NCBI GenBank assembly: GCA_011884725.1
Contig: GCA_011884725.1_3919.1
Direction: 5' to 3' (one strand)
Source of the DNA: a phage
DNA length: 64,000 nucleotides
Shown: positions 10,206 through 19,719 of the stretch, in pieces
Layout: each line of letters starts with the position of its first letter
Position numbering within the stretch: the stretch's first letter is position 1
The notes under the pieces: generated by a model
The model's input: the letters and a program-made list of their open reading frames with translations, nothing else
Told to the model about the DNA's origin: nothing
Databases searched by the model: none
Position numbers and translations under genes: made by a program

Positions 10206-10691
10206 ATGAATTACATGGAGATTCGACCATTTGACACAGCTAATGGTGAAGGGGTTCGTGTAAGCCTCTTCGTAGCTGGTTGTAAGCATCACTGTGAAGG
10301 TTGCTTTAATAAGGAATCTTGGAAGTTTAATGCTGGTAAAGAGTTCACTTATGCAAACCTTTATGGCATCATTAAGTTAATGGATGATAATGCCATCAGT
10401 GGGCTGTCAATACTTGGTGGAGAACCTCTGGATGATAGAAACATTCAAGAGGTTACCAACATATGCAAACGTATTAAAACCGTTTACCCAGAAAAATCTA
10501 TCTGGCTCTGGACAGGTTTTCAGTTACATGAAAAAATTCACCTTGATGTGATGAAATATGTTGACGTGGTGATTGATGGTAAGTATGATTCATCTAAACC
10601 AACAGTTAAACCATATCGTGGTTCTGATAACCAAAACCTCTGGAGAAAAGAGTATGGGTGGCAAGGTGATTGTCAGTGGAGAGCAGAGTGA
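10206..10691 (+). CDS. nrdG: anaerobic ribonucleotide reductase activating protein (radical SAM)
   Basis: 161 aa with CKHHCEGCFNKESW (CxxxCxxC radical-SAM cluster motif); downstream of nrdD. Confidence 0.85.
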   Translation: MNYMEIRPFDTANGEGVRVSLFVAGCKHHCEGCFNKESWKFNAGKEFTYANLYGIIKLMDDNAISGLSILGGEPLDDRNIQEVTNICKRIKTVYPEKSIWLWTGFQLHEKIHLDVMKYVDVVIDGKYDSSKPTVKPYRGSDNQNLWRKEYGWQGDCQWRAE

Positions 10692-10791
10692 TTATTCTGG
10701 CAAATGGACTAAGGTATAACTCCAATTGGTATCACTGAAGAAGAACTTCATAAGTTCTGTATTAAACTTTAATGAGAGAGAGAGACTAAAA

Positions 10792-11058
10792 ATGGGAATT
10801 TTAGGTAATATGAAAGCTGGCTTCTTGAAGGCACTGGCAAAAGCAGCAGCAATTGTTTCTATGACTGGAAAGCAGGTCGGTGTAGATGCTTCAGCGGTTG
10901 CACAGGTTCTTACAAGCCAAATTGAACAGCAGCCTTACATCTATGTAGGCCGTGGCAAAGGTGGTAAGAAACAAGCCCACCGTCCGTCTGGTGCAGCAGC
11001 TATTAAACGAGCAGCTAAGAAAGCTCGTAACCGTAAACGTAATAAGAAGGCTAAATAA
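10792..11058 (+). CDS. hypothetical highly basic protein
   Basis: ATG 10792 in track ORF frame; Lys/Arg-rich C-terminus (KKARNRKRNKKAK). Confidence 0.45.
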   Translation: MGILGNMKAGFLKALAKAAAIVSMTGKQVGVDASAVAQVLTSQIEQQPYIYVGRGKGGKKQAHRPSGAAAIKRAAKKARNRKRNKKAK

Positions 11059-11060
11059 TC

Positions 11061-11381
11061 ATGAGCAAAGTTTATAACACTCGTAAATTACAGATTTTCT
11101 TACTGTGCCAGTTTATGGCTAGAGAGCATAACTCCTACTATTGTGGTACAGGATTCATTAGTGATAATGATGGCTCATATCTCCCATTCAAAGAGGCTGT
11201 AAAACTCTTCAATGAAGAGAAAAGCTCTGAGAAAGATATTGAAAAAGTTAAATTAACCTACAGTAAGAAAGATAAGAAGATTATCTGCCTAGATAACTTT
11301 GTGAAAGTTACCAAAGAAACTAAAGAGTTAATGGAAGAAAGTGAAATTCCATTCACAAGAATCTTGAAAGTAGCTCAGTAA
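11061..11381 (+). CDS. hypothetical protein
   Basis: ORF track; followed by terminator 11395-11420. Confidence 0.5.
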   Translation: MSKVYNTRKLQIFLLCQFMAREHNSYYCGTGFISDNDGSYLPFKEAVKLFNEEKSSEKDIEKVKLTYSKKDKKIICLDNFVKVTKETKELMEESEIPFTRILKVAQ

Positions 11382-11394
11382 GCAGATACTATAA

Positions 11395-11420
11395 GGGAAC
11401 TGTAAAGGTTCCCTTTTTAT
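11395..11420 (+). terminator. rho-independent terminator GGGAAC-TGTAAAG-GTTCCC + TTTTT
   Basis: Direct read. Confidence 0.65.
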
Positions 11421-11432
11421 TTTGGAGATAAT

Positions 11433-11948
11433 ATGTATCTGTCAAATCTGAAACGTTCTGCTGCAATGTCAGTGTTAAGACTCAGTTTTGAGGAACGTCA
11501 AGAGTTCATTGACTCCCACCAATACGACCCTTCCAACTCCAATCACATGATTCTCTGGAATCGTGAGAGTACTCGTGAAAGAGCATTATTTCGATATTAT
11601 CCACACTACACCATAGACAACCTGTATGAATGTTTTGTTGTGAAGAACACCATTACAGTACTCAATAAACTTTGCAGATACACAGGCAGTCAATCCTTCA
11701 CATTAGGCCACCACAAACCTGTTACAAAAGGTGGTGAACATCACTGTGCAAACTGGTTTATTCAGACTAAAGCTGATAACCAGAAGCAAGGAGATAGCCT
11801 TTTAAGTGCCCCTAAGATGACCTATGAAGAGCAAGAGAAATATATCAAAAATAATATGCCAGATGTGCTTGACAACAACTATACAGATTTGGCAATATCT
11901 CTCCTGTTGAAGTTCGAGACAGTTTATAGGGCAACTTATAATGGCTAA
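11433..11948 (+). CDS. hypothetical protein with HNH-like nuclease motif
   Basis: GGAG upstream of ATG; LGHHKPVTKGGEHHCANWFIQTKADNQKQG resembles an HNH core. Confidence 0.45.
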   Translation: MYLSNLKRSAAMSVLRLSFEERQEFIDSHQYDPSNSNHMILWNRESTRERALFRYYPHYTIDNLYECFVVKNTITVLNKLCRYTGSQSFTLGHHKPVTKGGEHHCANWFIQTKADNQKQGDSLLSAPKMTYEEQEKYIKNNMPDVLDNNYTDLAISLLLKFETVYRATYNG

Positions 11949-12219
11949 AGAAAAGTGGGAGATTTTACCATTAGTCAGTGAAGGAGGTAATGGTTGTGAA
12001 ATGTACATGATACGTGGTCATGTTCCAGAGCCAATTGCACTTGAGATGGTAAACAACTTTACAGATGGTTCTTACAAAGACTTAGGCGAACCAACTGTCA
12101 AGCAACAATGGGTTAAACCTGTACCAGACAGCACAGGTAACTGTAGTGTACTTTATCACGTTGTAGACCCTGCAAAATGCAAATCTGCAATGGCAGTAAC
12201 AAACGTAACTTTTGATTGA
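11941..12219 (+). CDS. hypothetical protein
   Basis: ORF track, 92 aa. Confidence 0.45.
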   Translation: MAKEKWEILPLVSEGGNGCEMYMIRGHVPEPIALEMVNNFTDGSYKDLGEPTVKQQWVKPVPDSTGNCSVLYHVVDPAKCKSAMAVTNVTFD

Positions 12220-12230
12220 GAGAGAAAACT

Positions 12231-13112
12231 ATGAAAACATCTATCCGTGTTACAGTTCATTCACCAACTAAAGGGACTCATGAAGAAGAGTTTAACATCG
12301 TCCAATTCCCTTCTGGTGAGATTGGTGGACACTTTTCGCCAGAGTTTGTTGATTTTACTGCTTATGCAGCATCATCCATCAGCAATGTGATTATGATTGT
12401 AAAAGGTTATGACAAGGACACATTGTTTGCTGTGGCACTTGCTAAAGAAGCAATTGATGATTTAATTCCTCATGATTATGCTTTAAAGACTGTCATCTTT
12501 TACTACTTACCAAATGCACGATATGACCGTCACATGTTTAAAGGTGACGCAGCAGCTTTAAAGGTTTTTGCTAAACAGATTAATGCAATGGGATTTGGCG
12601 CAGTCTGTGCAGTTGACCCTCACAGCTATGTACCAGATAACCTGTTTAACTGCTTCCAGAGTATTCCTCAAAAGGAAATTGCAGTCCACTATGCAAATGA
12701 CCCACTGGTTGATTACTTAGTAGCCCCAGATGCAGGTGCTGCTAAGAAGGTTGCAGAGACCGCTAAAGAGGTGGATAAACCATATATCACAATGTCTAAG
12801 GTGCGTAACCTTAAGACTGGTGAAATTACTGGTATGCGAATCCTTGATGATGTTGATTTGACAGATAAAACCGTCATGATTCTGGATGATATCTGTGATG
12901 GTGGTCGAACCTTCATAGAAGCAGCTAAACATCTTCGTGAAGCAGGTGCAAAACGTGTGGAACTCTATGTAACACACGGTATCTTCTCTAAAGATGTTGA
13001 AAACCTTCTTGACAATGGCATTGACCACATCTACACTACAAACTCTTTAGGGGAAGCTAAAGACCGTGGCTTAACACATTATGGTCAAGTTACTGTAGCA
13101 AACCTTGATTGA
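12231..13112 (+). CDS. ribose-phosphate pyrophosphokinase family protein (Prs-like; candidate ADP-ribose pyrophosphokinase Adps of NARP1)
   Basis: ATG 12231 (track start 12216 is a TTG); PRPP-binding motif MILDDICDGGRTF; adjacent to NAMPT-family gene. Confidence 0.75.
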   Translation: MKTSIRVTVHSPTKGTHEEEFNIVQFPSGEIGGHFSPEFVDFTAYAASSISNVIMIVKGYDKDTLFAVALAKEAIDDLIPHDYALKTVIFYYLPNARYDRHMFKGDAAALKVFAKQINAMGFGAVCAVDPHSYVPDNLFNCFQSIPQKEIAVHYANDPLVDYLVAPDAGAAKKVAETAKEVDKPYITMSKVRNLKTGEITGMRILDDVDLTDKTVMILDDICDGGRTFIEAAKHLREAGAKRVELYVTHGIFSKDVENLLDNGIDHIYTTNSLGEAKDRGLTHYGQVTVANLD

Positions 13113-13121
13113 AACTTTATA

Positions 13122-13142
13122 GGGGCTTAAAAGCCCCATTTT
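13122..13142 (+). terminator. terminator-like hairpin GGGGCT-TAAA-AGCCCC + ATTTT
   Basis: Direct read between Prs-like and NAMPT-like genes. Confidence 0.5.
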
Positions 13143-13157
13143 GAGAGAGATTAAAAG

Positions 13158-14939
13158 ATGACTAAATCACTTTATGCAGTACCAGCAGGTTTAAACGCAG
13201 ATGCTTACAAATCTGGTCATGTTTACCAGTACCCTAGTGCAACAGAGTACTTGATGTTCAACCTGACACCACGTAGTGACAAATGGTTTAACAGCCCCTT
13301 AGCAATTGATGGTGTAGTAGCTTTTGGTATTCAACGTTTCGTTAAAGATTACTTGATAGACCACTGGAACGCCACTTTCTTTGAACGTGATAAAAAAGAA
13401 GCCATTGATGAAATCTTAGAAGTCATGAATGGTGTTCTGGGTAAAGATGCTATCGGTCGAGAGCATTGGGAAGCACTTCACGACTTAGGCTATCTACCAG
13501 TTGAAGTATACGCTGTAGAAGAAGGTACAGTTGTTCCTATGCGTGTACCAATGATTGTCTTCCAGAACACTGTTTCAGGTTTCCATTGGGTAGCGGGATA
13601 TCTGGAAGATGCTTTCTCTGCTGAGATTTGGAAGGCTTGTACCATTGCAACTATTGCATTGCATTATAAACGCATCTGTAAGAAGTGGGCTGACCTTACT
13701 TGCGACAATGACTTACATTTACCTTATCAGTGCCATGACTTTGCTATGCGTGGTATGTCCGGCTTTACTGATGACGCATTTAACGCTGTAGGCCACTTAA
13801 CCAGCTTTAAAGGGACTGATAGCTTCCCTGCTGTATATACAGCTAAACGCATCTACGGACAGTCTTACCCAGTCTCTGATATTGGTGGTTCTGTACCAGC
13901 CACTGAACACTCTGTAATGTGTGCAAACATTGCTTGGGAAGGTGGTAATGAGTTGGTTGAAGAAGAAAGACGCTTTAAAGGTGAGTTGCAAACCTTCCGT
14001 CGCTTCTTAACAGAAACTTATCCAACTGGTATTGCAAGTGTTGTTTCAGACACTTATAACTTCTGGAGAACTGTGTCAGAAATCTTACCAGCACTCCGTA
14101 AAGAAATTATGGAACGTGATGGCAAACTGGTAATTCGTCCTGACTCTGGAGACCCTGTACACATTGTCACAGGTTATAAAGCAATCCACTTAGAGTGTGC
14201 TAAAAAGGCTTATTATGAGCACCTAAGCAATCTGGAAGCCAGTGACACAATGCTGAATGCTGTTCTGAACATGAAGCTTGAAAACATCAGTTATGGTATT
14301 GCTGGATGGCTACTGTCAGAAGGCTACGAAATGGTTGTTGACAGAGAAGACTTTGAAGTTGCTGATACAGTGATGTTGAAGAACGCTTATATGGTTGGTT
14401 CTGCAAACGTTGTAACACGCCCTGTAGCAGAGATTGATGGAGCTATTAAGACCTTGTATAACATCTTTGGAGGAACTATTAACTCTAAAGGTTTTAAGGT
14501 ACTGGATGAGCACATTGGCCTTATCTATGGCGACTCTATCACGTTGGAACGTGCAAACGAAATCCTGAAGCGTCTGTATGAAATGGGGTTTGCAAGCTCT
14601 AACGTGGTGTTTGGTGTGGGCTCTTACACTTACCAGTACATGACTCGTGACACCTTTGCATTTGCTGTCAAAGCAACTCTTGCAAGCATTGGTGGCAAAG
14701 AGATTATGCTTGCAAAAGACCCTAAAACAGATAGTGGTGTTAAGAAATCTGCCTTTGGTGGTGTAGCACCTATGTGGGATGGTGAGAATTTGAAAGCTGT
14801 AGATGGCTATGGATTCCAGAGCTTTGCAGATGCACTTGAACATCCAGCTTGTGCTTTACGTTTAGTCTTTAGCGACTCTGAGCAGTACGGTTACACAACT
14901 CTTGGTGATATTCGAAATAATATTGACAAGCAGCTTTAA
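13158..14939 (+). CDS. nicotinamide phosphoribosyltransferase family protein (NAMPT/NadV-like; candidate Namat of NARP1)
   Basis: 593 aa; segments match NAMPT signatures recalled from human NAMPT (DAYKSGHVYQYP, CHDFAMRGMSG, SFKGTDSF, VPATEHSV, VVSDTYNFW, IRPDSGDP). Confidence 0.8.
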   Translation: MTKSLYAVPAGLNADAYKSGHVYQYPSATEYLMFNLTPRSDKWFNSPLAIDGVVAFGIQRFVKDYLIDHWNATFFERDKKEAIDEILEVMNGVLGKDAIGREHWEALHDLGYLPVEVYAVEEGTVVPMRVPMIVFQNTVSGFHWVAGYLEDAFSAEIWKACTIATIALHYKRICKKWADLTCDNDLHLPYQCHDFAMRGMSGFTDDAFNAVGHLTSFKGTDSFPAVYTAKRIYGQSYPVSDIGGSVPATEHSVMCANIAWEGGNELVEEERRFKGELQTFRRFLTETYPTGIASVVSDTYNFWRTVSEILPALRKEIMERDGKLVIRPDSGDPVHIVTGYKAIHLECAKKAYYEHLSNLEASDTMLNAVLNMKLENISYGIAGWLLSEGYEMVVDREDFEVADTVMLKNAYMVGSANVVTRPVAEIDGAIKTLYNIFGGTINSKGFKVLDEHIGLIYGDSITLERANEILKRLYEMGFASSNVVFGVGSYTYQYMTRDTFAFAVKATLASIGGKEIMLAKDPKTDSGVKKSAFGGVAPMWDGENLKAVDGYGFQSFADALEHPACALRLVFSDSEQYGYTTLGDIRNNIDKQL

Positions 14940-14954
14940 AAGTATATGATAAGA

Positions 14955-14976
14955 GGCTCCTACGGGAGCCTTTTTA
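14955..14976 (+). terminator. rho-independent terminator GGCTCC-TACG-GGAGCC + TTTTT
   Basis: Direct read after the NAMPT-like gene. Confidence 0.7.
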
Positions 14977-14992
14977 ATTTCTGGAGAAAATT

Positions 14993-15328
14993 ATGAAAAT
15001 CAAAGAGATGAACATCAACATTGTCTTAGAAGAGCGTTGGGAGAACATCAAGAAGCCTGAAAATGGTCATAAGTTCCTCAATAAAATCTTAGTAGCAGCT
15101 AAAGAAGAACTGACTGGCAAGGTTGCAGCAGCAATCACAATAAAGGTCTGTGTAAAAGGTCTTCCAGACAATCACCAATTTGCACTTGACGAGTTTAAAG
15201 AAAGCTTCTACAATCCAAACAAACAGATGCTTGAAAGTAACTTTGCAGTATCTACAAGTATCGTCCATGACAGAAGCTTTATCCTTTACAAGAATATGAG
15301 AGGTGAGTCATGCAAGCATATTGGATAG
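14993..15328 (+). CDS. hypothetical protein
   Basis: ORF track; GGAGA upstream. Confidence 0.5.
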   Translation: MKIKEMNINIVLEERWENIKKPENGHKFLNKILVAAKEELTGKVAAAITIKVCVKGLPDNHQFALDEFKESFYNPNKQMLESNFAVSTSIVHDRSFILYKNMRGESCKHIG

Positions 15329-15486
15329 AAATTTTACTGTCACTTGGTAGTGTAGCAGTATTTGTTTACCTTCTTTGCAAGTACTATGCAGAGCACAAAA
15401 AATGTGACTACTGTAATGGAGAAGGCTATACAAGAGCAGGTTGTTGCCCTATGTGTGGCGGTTCTGGTAAAATGTTTAATAAGTAA
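15310..15486 (+). CDS. hypothetical small membrane protein with CxxC...CxxC zinc-ribbon-like tail (58 aa, below ORF-track cutoff)
   Basis: ATG 15310 after AGGTGAG; MQAYWIEILLSLGSVAVFVYLL...CDYCNGEGYTRAGCCPMCGGSG; stop 15484-15486. Confidence 0.4.
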   Translation: MQAYWIEILLSLGSVAVFVYLLCKYYAEHKKCDYCNGEGYTRAGCCPMCGGSGKMFNK

Positions 15487-15514
15487 TTTAACAGTAAACT
15501 AAGAGGAAAGTATT

Positions 15515-17881
15515 ATGCGCATGGTAAACGACCACGCAGAAGTGATTAAGAGTTCAACTTCTTTAGAGACGTCTCAAGCACAGATTACAATGACACCTGA
15601 AATGTTCAGCCTTTTGAGTTCTGGTGTATATACCTTTAAAGAAAGGGCAGTGATTCGTGAACTGTCATGTAACGCAGTAGATGCTCAGAAAGAAGCTGGA
15701 AAAGAGAACATCCCGTTCCATGTGCATTTACCTACTCGTTTTGAGCCTTACTTTGAAGTCCGTGATTTTGGAACTGGATTGACTCATGATAAAGTTATGA
15801 GTTTGTACCTAAACTACGGGGCTTCTACGAAGAATGACTCTAATGACTACATTGGTGCAATGGGTATCGGCTCAAAATCCCCATTTGCAATTGCTCAGTC
15901 ATTCACAGTGTCTAGCTATGTTGACGGTGTTGTTAATAAGTACTCTGTTTATCTTGAGAATGGTATCCCTCAAGTAACTAAGCTTACCACTAACCCAACA
16001 AAAGAGCCTAATGGTTTAGCTGTACGTGTAGCAGTTGCTGACCACCGTATCTCAAAGTTCTTTGAAGAAGCGGGTCACGTATACTCATACTTTGCTGTAA
16101 AACCAGAAAGTAATATCGAGTATGATGATGTATTAGCAGATATGAACGTCATTGCCCGTGAAGAAGGTGTTTACGATGCCATGATTCATAAGCAAAGCTG
16201 GCGTTCTAGTGGTAACAGGACAGAGTTTAATGTGGTGATGGGTAATATTGCCTATCCAGTGAACATGGAAGCATTACTTGGTGATGATTTCTTCAAAGTC
16301 TTGCCAGAGTTTTTCCGTAGGAGCGTAGACCTTGTAAACATCTACATGCCTATTGGTTCAGTTGCTATTGCAGCTTCTCGTGAAGCATTGCAGATGAATG
16401 ACACGACAAAAAATGTTATCATTGAGGCCACTAAAAAGATAACTGAAGCAATTACAAAGGATGTTATCAAGAAAGTTAATAGTCAACCTACACTTATGGA
16501 TGCTGCACAGGCTTATGCTGAGTTACGTTTGAACTCACGAGAGATGTTTAATGCTGTGTGTCCAAAGCTAGAGTGGGGAGGCGTTAAGCTTGATTCTCTG
16601 GAAGAAGAATTACTAAACATTCGTCGTGGAATTATCTACGCAGAAGACGGCTCAGTCATTTATGAACGTGACGGTAAAGGTAATATTAAGGTTGATAGGA
16701 ATGGGAACAATATCCCTAAAGTAGATTATCTTTATGACCCAGTTGCTTATGTCAAGTTCAACTCTTTAGAGAGTAAGATTCGTGCAACATCACTTTCCTA
16801 CACTCAAGAGGCAAGTATGTTCAATATCTTTGGCGCAATGCGTAAAAGCCAAATTGAACAGTTTTTGTTTGTTATAAATGACCGTCGAAATAAAAACGGT
16901 ACTGAGAAGACTGTAGGACGCAACCAAATCTTGCGTGGTGCATGTCGAGACTATGCCAGTGAATCAAGTCTGTTTCACAGATACAATGGTATTGTCTTTG
17001 TATTCTCTACAGAGAAAGAGCTAGACGACTTAATCAATCTGCACAAACTTGATAAAAGCTTGTTAAAGATTGTGAAGATGTCTGATAAGGAACATCATTA
17101 TCAGCGTAAAGAAGCTGTAAGAGGCGTTGTAAAACTTTGGAAAGCTGTTCCAGCAGAAGGTGTAGCTTCCTATAAAGAGGTTTCAGAGGACTTTGATACA
17201 ATTGAAGAACCTCAGCTTTACATTAAGGCAGTCGGTGACACAGTTGATGGTGAATGTTTTTGCTCATCTCCAGAAGATGTAGCTAAGTCAGTTGCTAATG
17301 TTACAGGTAAGACAGTCTATGTTTTCCGAAAAGCAAATTGGAAAAAGATACCAGAAGACTGGATTGAAGTAGATGAGAAACTCTTGAACGACAGCTTAAC
17401 TGATGTTCATTGGATTAATCATAACAGGTATATGACACGTATCTATATGAATGGTGTCCTCGACCTTACAAGCAGTTGGATTATTGCCAGAAACTTTACG
17501 TTCAATAACAGGAAGATTTCTCGTGGCTATTGTTATTCGCGGGATACAAACAAAACTATCTTCTTAGAAGGTAATGAAGATGCTGTAGAGGCAATGTTTG
17601 GTAAAATCCAATACGTTGCTGCACCTTTTGCATACACTTACACTATTAGTGTGTTGCAAGATTTAAAAAGATGTCTTGATAATGATACAAAGCTGTACAA
17701 GAAAATTAAGAAAGCTGGTGACCGTATGGTCATCAAGGTGACAAACTACCTTTCAAAAAGAAAACAAGAAAACTTCTTGCTTTCTCATTTAGATTGGAAT
17801 AAAGTGTCACCCATCGAAGTGAGTAAGTTCTTAGGCTTTGATGTGAAGTGTGTTCCAGAAGGGACTACAATTTACGATTAA
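15515..17881 (+). CDS. rIIA: rIIA protector-from-prophage-exclusion protein (GHKL ATPase fold)
   Basis: 788 aa; N-terminal RELxxNAxDA, DFGTGL, GxGxGSKSPF motifs and overall resemblance to T4 rIIA as recalled; directly upstream of rIIB. Confidence 0.8.
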   Translation: MRMVNDHAEVIKSSTSLETSQAQITMTPEMFSLLSSGVYTFKERAVIRELSCNAVDAQKEAGKENIPFHVHLPTRFEPYFEVRDFGTGLTHDKVMSLYLNYGASTKNDSNDYIGAMGIGSKSPFAIAQSFTVSSYVDGVVNKYSVYLENGIPQVTKLTTNPTKEPNGLAVRVAVADHRISKFFEEAGHVYSYFAVKPESNIEYDDVLADMNVIAREEGVYDAMIHKQSWRSSGNRTEFNVVMGNIAYPVNMEALLGDDFFKVLPEFFRRSVDLVNIYMPIGSVAIAASREALQMNDTTKNVIIEATKKITEAITKDVIKKVNSQPTLMDAAQAYAELRLNSREMFNAVCPKLEWGGVKLDSLEEELLNIRRGIIYAEDGSVIYERDGKGNIKVDRNGNNIPKVDYLYDPVAYVKFNSLESKIRATSLSYTQEASMFNIFGAMRKSQIEQFLFVINDRRNKNGTEKTVGRNQILRGACRDYASESSLFHRYNGIVFVFSTEKELDDLINLHKLDKSLLKIVKMSDKEHHYQRKEAVRGVVKLWKAVPAEGVASYKEVSEDFDTIEEPQLYIKAVGDTVDGECFCSSPEDVAKSVANVTGKTVYVFRKANWKKIPEDWIEVDEKLLNDSLTDVHWINHNRYMTRIYMNGVLDLTSSWIIARNFTFNNRKISRGYCYSRDTNKTIFLEGNEDAVEAMFGKIQYVAAPFAYTYTISVLQDLKRCLDNDTKLYKKIKKAGDRMVIKVTNYLSKRKQENFLLSHLDWNKVSPIEVSKFLGFDVKCVPEGTTIYD

Positions 17882-17886
17882 AGTGT

Positions 17887-17916
17887 TTGACAAGGGGCTT
17901 TGAAGCCCCTTAGAAT
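17887..17916 (+). promoter_or_regulatory. promoter-like TTGACA-18-TAGAAT with GGGGCTTTGAAGCCCC hairpin in the spacer, upstream of rIIB
   Basis: Direct read; hairpin may instead terminate rIIA transcripts. Confidence 0.35.
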
Positions 17917-17960
17917 AGCCTTACAAAATGATTTATTAACTAACAAGAGAGAGTAATAAG

Positions 17961-19070
17961 ATGACTACTAAAACTAAAGCACAGATTGACGCAGAAATTT
18001 ACGAACTGGTTAAAGAAGGTAAGCTTACTAAAACAGCTATTGCACAGAAGTTCAATACTTCAACCCGTTCAGTTGGTCGTGCTGTAGAGCGTCATGAAGC
18101 AACCTTAAAAGGTAAGAAGAAGGTGACTTCTACACCAGCTAAGAAGACCCTAAAACAAGTTGCTAAGTCAGTTAAAAAGAAAGCTGACAAACCAGTTGAA
18201 AAGGCCGTTAAAGACGCTGTACAGAAAGCTCCAGTAAATAAACTGCATGAAGCTATGCAGAAAGATGACAAGATTGAGTACATGATTACTGGTGACTCTG
18301 TAATTATGACTTACGGTTCAGAATCTGAAATTGTTGAGTCTACTCATCCGAACTATCAAGAGATTGTAGTTCATGTTGTGAAAGGTGAGTTCAAGAAAGC
18401 ATTTGAACTGATGAACATTCGTAAGTCTATCGAAAACTTCACTCAGGGTGCTATCACAATCAAAGGTGACAAGCTCTTCTACGGTGCTGTTGAGATGCGT
18501 TCTACTCTGGTTGACCGTATTCTTCACATGATGAAAACTGGTGATAAAGGTTTTGAACGACTTGTAATGTTCTTCGAAAAACTGATGGAAAACCCATCTA
18601 AAGATTCTGTAGAACAACTTTGGGGATTTGTATCTCACCTTGATGTTGAAATTGATGAAGAAGGTTACATCATTGGTTGGAAGAAAGTCTCTACTCGTGA
18701 AGGCAAGCTGGTTGACTCTCACACCTACAAAGTGCCTAATGATTTGGGTAACATTGTAGAGATGCCACGTTGGATGGTTGATAACAACCGTAACGTAACT
18801 TGCTCTCAAGGTCTTCATGTTGGCGCTTGGGATTATGTTCGTTGCTTCTCAGGTGATACCATCCTGAAGGTTCGTGTCCATCCACGAGATGTTGTATCCG
18901 TACCAACTGATTACAACGATATGAAGATGCGTTCCTCTCGTTATGAAGTTGCAGCAATCGTTGATAATCAACGTAAAGTGCTGAAAGCATGGGATGGTAA
19001 GACTGAAGCTTTGCATGTCATCGTTGGCACTGCTGGTGAACTTATCTCTCAACGTAAACGTGAAATCTAA
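17961..19070 (+). CDS. rIIB: rIIB protein
   Basis: 369 aa; C-terminal region (LFYGAVEMRSTLVDRIL, CSQGLHVG, VRVHPRDVVSVPTDYNDMKMR) resembles T4 rIIB as recalled. Confidence 0.8.
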   Translation: MTTKTKAQIDAEIYELVKEGKLTKTAIAQKFNTSTRSVGRAVERHEATLKGKKKVTSTPAKKTLKQVAKSVKKKADKPVEKAVKDAVQKAPVNKLHEAMQKDDKIEYMITGDSVIMTYGSESEIVESTHPNYQEIVVHVVKGEFKKAFELMNIRKSIENFTQGAITIKGDKLFYGAVEMRSTLVDRILHMMKTGDKGFERLVMFFEKLMENPSKDSVEQLWGFVSHLDVEIDEEGYIIGWKKVSTREGKLVDSHTYKVPNDLGNIVEMPRWMVDNNRNVTCSQGLHVGAWDYVRCFSGDTILKVRVHPRDVVSVPTDYNDMKMRSSRYEVAAIVDNQRKVLKAWDGKTEALHVIVGTAGELISQRKREI

Positions 19071-19086
19071 TAAGTAATTTCTTAAA

Positions 19087-19109
19087 AGGCTGCTTCGGCG
19101 GCCTTTTTT
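19087..19109 (+). terminator. rho-independent terminator AGGCTGC-TTCG-GCGGCCT + TTTTT
   Basis: Direct read after rIIB. Confidence 0.7.
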
Positions 19110-19140
19110 ATTTGTATTTTGTGCAGAGTGCTGTATAATT
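19110..19140 (+). promoter_or_regulatory. promoter-like element with TGTATAAT (extended -10-like)
   Basis: GTGCAGAGTGCTGTATAATT upstream of the 19171 gene; similar TTGTGCAGGTAGCTGTATAGG at about 23590. Confidence 0.4.
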
Positions 19141-19170
19141 GTTGTCACGATAAACTAAACAGGAGAACCA

Positions 19171-19719
19171 ATGAAGAAATTGATTCTAGGCTTGTGCTTA
19201 ATGTTTACAGCACACTTATCTTATGCAGTTGACTGCCCAGAGCTATCAATTAGCCAAAAAGTTAACATGTTAAAAGCTTACCAGTATGGTGAGAATAATA
19301 TGGGGAAAGGCTGGGGTATTACTCTAGCAGCTATAGCCTTACAAGAGTCAGAGTTAGGTCTGAAGGTAGAGAATAAAAAGACCCACGACTATGGTATTTT
19401 CCAGAATCACTTGAAGACTGTTGTAAAGCGTAACAAAATTAGTCCTAATGTGGCTAAAAAGAAACTCTTAAAAGATTTTGACTATGCAGCAAAAGAGACA
19501 CATAAAGAGCTTGAGTTTTGGACTAAGGTACATGGTCACCCGAAGTCAAAGAAGACTTTACAAAAAGTTTTAGCATCATATAATGCTGGGTATTCGTACA
19601 AAATCCCTAAAGCTAAGAAATACTCTCAAGATGTCTATAACAATATGAAAGTTATCGCTCAATGTGAATTTGCAACAAACATTTCTAAGGTAAATCATGA
19701 AAAAATTAAGAAAGTCTGA
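19171..19719 (+). CDS. secreted protein, possible lytic transglycosylase (SLT-like)
   Basis: Signal-peptide-like MKKLILGLCLMFTAHLSYA; LQESELG...YGIFQN resembles the SLT catalytic E-S...GLMQ pattern; promoter-like TGTATAAT upstream. Confidence 0.4.
   Translation: MKKLILGLCLMFTAHLSYAVDCPELSISQKVNMLKAYQYGENNMGKGWGITLAAIALQESELGLKVENKKTHDYGIFQNHLKTVVKRNKISPNVAKKKLLKDFDYAAKETHKELEFWTKVHGHPKSKKTLQKVLASYNAGYSYKIPKAKKYSQDVYNNMKVIAQCEFATNISKVNHEKIKKV

Noticed and set aside
12713-13028. Two minus-strand ORFs (67 and 103 aa) within the Prs-like gene
   Set aside because: Antisense to a gene with a clear PRPP-binding motif; no independent support.
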